From a virus (Duplodnaviria > Heunggongvirae > Uroviricota > Caudoviricetes): DNA of 8,156 bases. Both the position numbers and the translations under genes were made by a program. Position 1 is the first letter of the stretch, and each line of letters starts with the position of its first letter. The notes beneath the pieces were generated by a model that was not told where the DNA came from, did not search any database, and saw only the letters and a list, made by a program, of their open reading frames with translations. The stretch spans positions 1-8,156 of the IMG/VR virus record IMGVR_UViG_2913167280_000012. The stretch is one strand, 5' to 3'. Shown piece after piece: positions 5,334 to 8,156 of this stretch.

Positions 5334-8156
5334 ATGACGGCAGAGTACATCAGGGACTGGCAACAACCGCGCCACGCAGTGGGGCGTGAAGGAACGGGGA
5401 TCCCCGCTCCTGAATCCGCGCTTTCCTCCTGGCTGGATGCCTACCGGGCAGAGAACGAGCGCCGCAAGGAAATGGCTGATGCGGCGTTCTCCGCCACGCC
5501 GCTGGGCAACCTGATTAATAAAAGCCTGGACGCACAGGAAAAACAGGACAAAACCATCACACTGGCAGGAGACGCCAGAAAACAGGCACGCGGCGCAGTG
5601 GATGAAGCCATGGCCTCGCTGCGCCTGCTGCCGTCCTATCTGCGCGATCCGCTTATTCGCCACCTCTCCTTCCTGCGCAAAAAACAGGAAGCCGATCGCC
5701 GGAAAGGCAAAAAGAGCTGGCAGGCGGAACGCTATGCACGCGGAACCCTGCGCAAAATATTCGAACGTCTGGACCGCACCGATCACCGCTGGCTGACACC
5801 GGGTTATCGCTCCCTTGCCGGACGCGAACGCCTGGACGATTTGCTTTACCTGCCGCAGCTCAACAAACACCAGATACAGACGCTGGCCACCATGACGGCG
5901 GCGATGTTCAGCAGCACCTTCGAAAAACTCTGCGATGGCTTTGGCGCGACCGATGGCGAGCTGACCATGGATGTAACGCTGAAGGCGTATCAGATGCTGG
6001 CCCGCATGGCGTTACACCTGCACGCCATGCCTCCACATTATGACGCACTGACAACAGACAAAGACCGGAGGAACGAACCAGACACGGAGCTGCTGCCGGG
6101 CGCAATCCTTCGCCTGACCTGTGCGGAATGGTGGAAACGCAAACTGTGGCTGTTACGTTGCGAGTGGCGGGAAGAACAACTCCGCGCCGCCTGTCTGGTT
6201 TCCAGAAAAACATCGCCCTATCTGAGCCAGGACGCGTTAAGCGAGTTTCGCGCACAGCGCGAGAAAACACGCGATTTCCTGAAAAGTTTCATGCTGGAAA
6301 ATGAAGACGGGTTCACGATTGATCTCGAGACGGTGTATTACGCGGGAGTAAGTAACCCGGTTCACCGTAAGGCAGAAATGATGGCCACCATGAAGGGACT
6401 GGAACTTCTGGCCGAAGCCCGTGGCGACAGAGCGGTGTTTCTGACCGTCACCTGCCCGTCAAAATACCACGCAACAACGGAGAACGGTCATCCGAACCCC
6501 AAATGGAACGGGGCCACCATGCGCGACTCCAGCGATTACCTGGTTAACACGTTTTTTGCGGCGGTCCGCAAAAAACTGAACCGCGACGGCCTGCGCTGGT
6601 ATGGCATCCGCACGGTGGAGCCTCACCATGACGGCACTGTGCACTGGCATATGATGGTCTTTGCACATCCGGACGAGATTGAAACCATCGTGTCCCACGT
6701 CTGCGATATTGCCATTCAGGAGGACCGCCACGAGCTGGGCGATGACATAACTCCGCGTTTTAAGGCGGAGTATGTCGACGGCTCAAAAGGCACACCAACC
6801 AGCTACATCGCCACCTACATCGGAAAGAACCTGGACAGCCGCGCCGTGGATGGCATCGACCCGAAAACGGGCAAGCCACGCGTTGACCACGAAACCGGAA
6901 AATCAATGGCCGAGAGCGTGGAGCGCGCCATCGGCTGGGCGCGCCTTCACCGGGTCCGTCAGTTCCAGTTCTTTGGCATCCCCTCCCGTCAGGTGTGGCG
7001 TGAACTGCGCCGCCTTGCCAGCCAGATGGCACGCAATCCGGAAGGCCCGCAACGGCTGAAAGATGATGCAATGGATGCGGTACTCGCTGCCGCCGATGCC
7101 GGGTGTTTTGCCACCTACATTGAAAAACAGGGTGGCGTGCTTGTTCCACGCAAGGACTACCTGATTCGCACCGCCTACGACCTCGCAGATGAGCTGAACG
7201 ATTACGGCGAACAGAGCGTACAGATTTACGGGATCTGGTCACCACTCATCGGGGAATCCTCCCGTGTGTGCACGCATCCGGATAACTGGAAGTTGGTAAG
7301 ACGTAAACCAGAACCAGAAGACAACGCCCACGAAAATGGTTTTGACCTTCAGGGCGGCCCTGCCGCCCCTTGGACTCGTGGCAATAACTGTCCCCGTGCA
7401 CAGGAAACGGACAACAACGGGACAGAACAGCCGGAAGAACGACCAGCACCGTGGCCGCAGCTTCCTGACGGCGTTGATGTGGATGAATGGATGCGCTCAC
7501 TGAAACGGCACGAACGCCGGGCGCTGATGCGTTCGCTGCGTGACAAACAGGCAAAAAACAGCAGTGATGAAATGCAGAGCTGGACACAGAGCCGCAAACA
7601 GCAGCGGCCTTTGCCTGATAACCACGAATTACTCGCTAAAGAATGGCGGGAGTCTGCCGAATCTCTCGGCCTGCATATCGGTGAACAGCAGATGCAGCAC
7701 CTGTTGCGGGGCGGCAGCCTGTACGTTGACGGCAGCATCATTGCACCGCAGGGATTTGAAATTGTACGCAAACCGGATATCCGCCCGGACAGCCGAATCA
7801 CGCAGCTCTGGCAGCGCCTGAGCCGCAATCACGGCGTAAGCAGCACGGAGATCCGTCATAACCCGGTCGCCAGCTATCTGGAACAGCTGGGGGCATCAGA
7901 CCCCGAAGCCGCCGCACGCCTGGCATCCACACTTCAGCAAGACCAGAACACCATGAAAACACCCGTTACCGTGCTTTCTGACATGCTGCGCGCCATCCGT
8001 GACGCAGAGCACGCACAGAGAATCAGTGAAACCACTGAACGCGCCCGCCGCAAAGCAAACCTGCTGCGGGGTGGCCTGACCAGTGGAAACAAAAAACAGA
8101 CAGAAACGGGATTCACAAATCCCGTAAATGAGCAAAAAACGCGCCGCGATATATGA
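5334..8156 (+). CDS. A: GpA-type rolling-circle replication initiator (HUH endonuclease, P2 gene A family)
   Basis: 940-aa ORF ending at the window edge (TGA 8154-8156). It carries an HUH motif VHWHMMVF (nt 6639-6659, His437/His439) and a YxxxY tyrosine pair in SYIATYIGKN (Tyr491/Tyr495, nt 6804-6818), matching the arrangement I recall for P2 GpA (Tyr450/Tyr454). Weak RBS, so translation may be coupled to the upstream gene. Confidence 0.9.
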   Translation: MTAEYIRDWQQPRHAVGREGTGIPAPESALSSWLDAYRAENERRKEMADAAFSATPLGNLINKSLDAQEKQDKTITLAGDARKQARGAVDEAMASLRLLPSYLRDPLIRHLSFLRKKQEADRRKGKKSWQAERYARGTLRKIFERLDRTDHRWLTPGYRSLAGRERLDDLLYLPQLNKHQIQTLATMTAAMFSSTFEKLCDGFGATDGELTMDVTLKAYQMLARMALHLHAMPPHYDALTTDKDRRNEPDTELLPGAILRLTCAEWWKRKLWLLRCEWREEQLRAACLVSRKTSPYLSQDALSEFRAQREKTRDFLKSFMLENEDGFTIDLETVYYAGVSNPVHRKAEMMATMKGLELLAEARGDRAVFLTVTCPSKYHATTENGHPNPKWNGATMRDSSDYLVNTFFAAVRKKLNRDGLRWYGIRTVEPHHDGTVHWHMMVFAHPDEIETIVSHVCDIAIQEDRHELGDDITPRFKAEYVDGSKGTPTSYIATYIGKNLDSRAVDGIDPKTGKPRVDHETGKSMAESVERAIGWARLHRVRQFQFFGIPSRQVWRELRRLASQMARNPEGPQRLKDDAMDAVLAAADAGCFATYIEKQGGVLVPRKDYLIRTAYDLADELNDYGEQSVQIYGIWSPLIGESSRVCTHPDNWKLVRRKPEPEDNAHENGFDLQGGPAAPWTRGNNCPRAQETDNNGTEQPEERPAPWPQLPDGVDVDEWMRSLKRHERRALMRSLRDKQAKNSSDEMQSWTQSRKQQRPLPDNHELLAKEWRESAESLGLHIGEQQMQHLLRGGSLYVDGSIIAPQGFEIVRKPDIRPDSRITQLWQRLSRNHGVSSTEIRHNPVASYLEQLGASDPEAAARLASTLQQDQNTMKTPVTVLSDMLRAIRDAEHAQRISETTERARRKANLLRGGLTSGNKKQTETGFTNPVNEQKTRRDI

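Noticed and set aside
4809-5870. 353-aa minus-strand ORF antisense to the 4962-5327 gene and the 5' end of gene A
   Set aside because: This is a typical antisense shadow ORF in GC-rich coding sequence: Arg/Ala/Gly-rich, no RBS, and fully overlapped by well-supported plus-strand genes. The same applies to the other minus-strand ORFs inside gene A (5908-6270, 6459-6731, 6760-7245, 7246-7587, 7349-7828, 7629-7859, 7896-8135) and the plus-strand ORFs inside int (254-562, 811-1008).
1-8156. CRISPR array, insertion sequence or transposase, retron or reverse transcriptase, restriction-modification or other canonical defence system
   Set aside because: There are no regularly spaced repeats, no transposase-like ORF or long terminal inverted repeats, no RT, nuclease, ATPase or methyltransferase-sized ORFs other than GpA, and the P2-family tin/old hotspot would lie downstream of gene A, outside this window.

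Overview
This window reads as the lysogeny and early-replication arm of a P2-like (Peduovirus-type) temperate prophage from an enterobacterium. On the minus strand sit a tyrosine integrase (1-990) and a C-type immunity repressor (1057-1359). A 94-bp switch region (1360-1453) separates them from a plus-strand early operon that opens with a Cox-like protein (1454-1780) and continues through nine tightly packed small ORFs of unknown function (1799-4336), several with ATGA/TAATG start-stop overlaps. A ~320-bp non-coding island follows (4337-4658), carrying a terminator-like hairpin, two promoter-like hexamer pairs, an exact 10-bp direct repeat and a 76-bp long-stem structure. The window ends with a replication module: two small ORFs and a 940-aa GpA-type HUH rolling-circle initiator (5334-8156). 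The int stop codon is at the left edge, so the attachment site lies outside the window. I recognise no canonical defence-system domain. The best candidates for novelty are the enlarged small-ORF cargo, including a 37-aa membrane peptide missing from the ORF track, and the structured non-coding island. All homology statements rest on recalled sequences and motifs, not on a database search.
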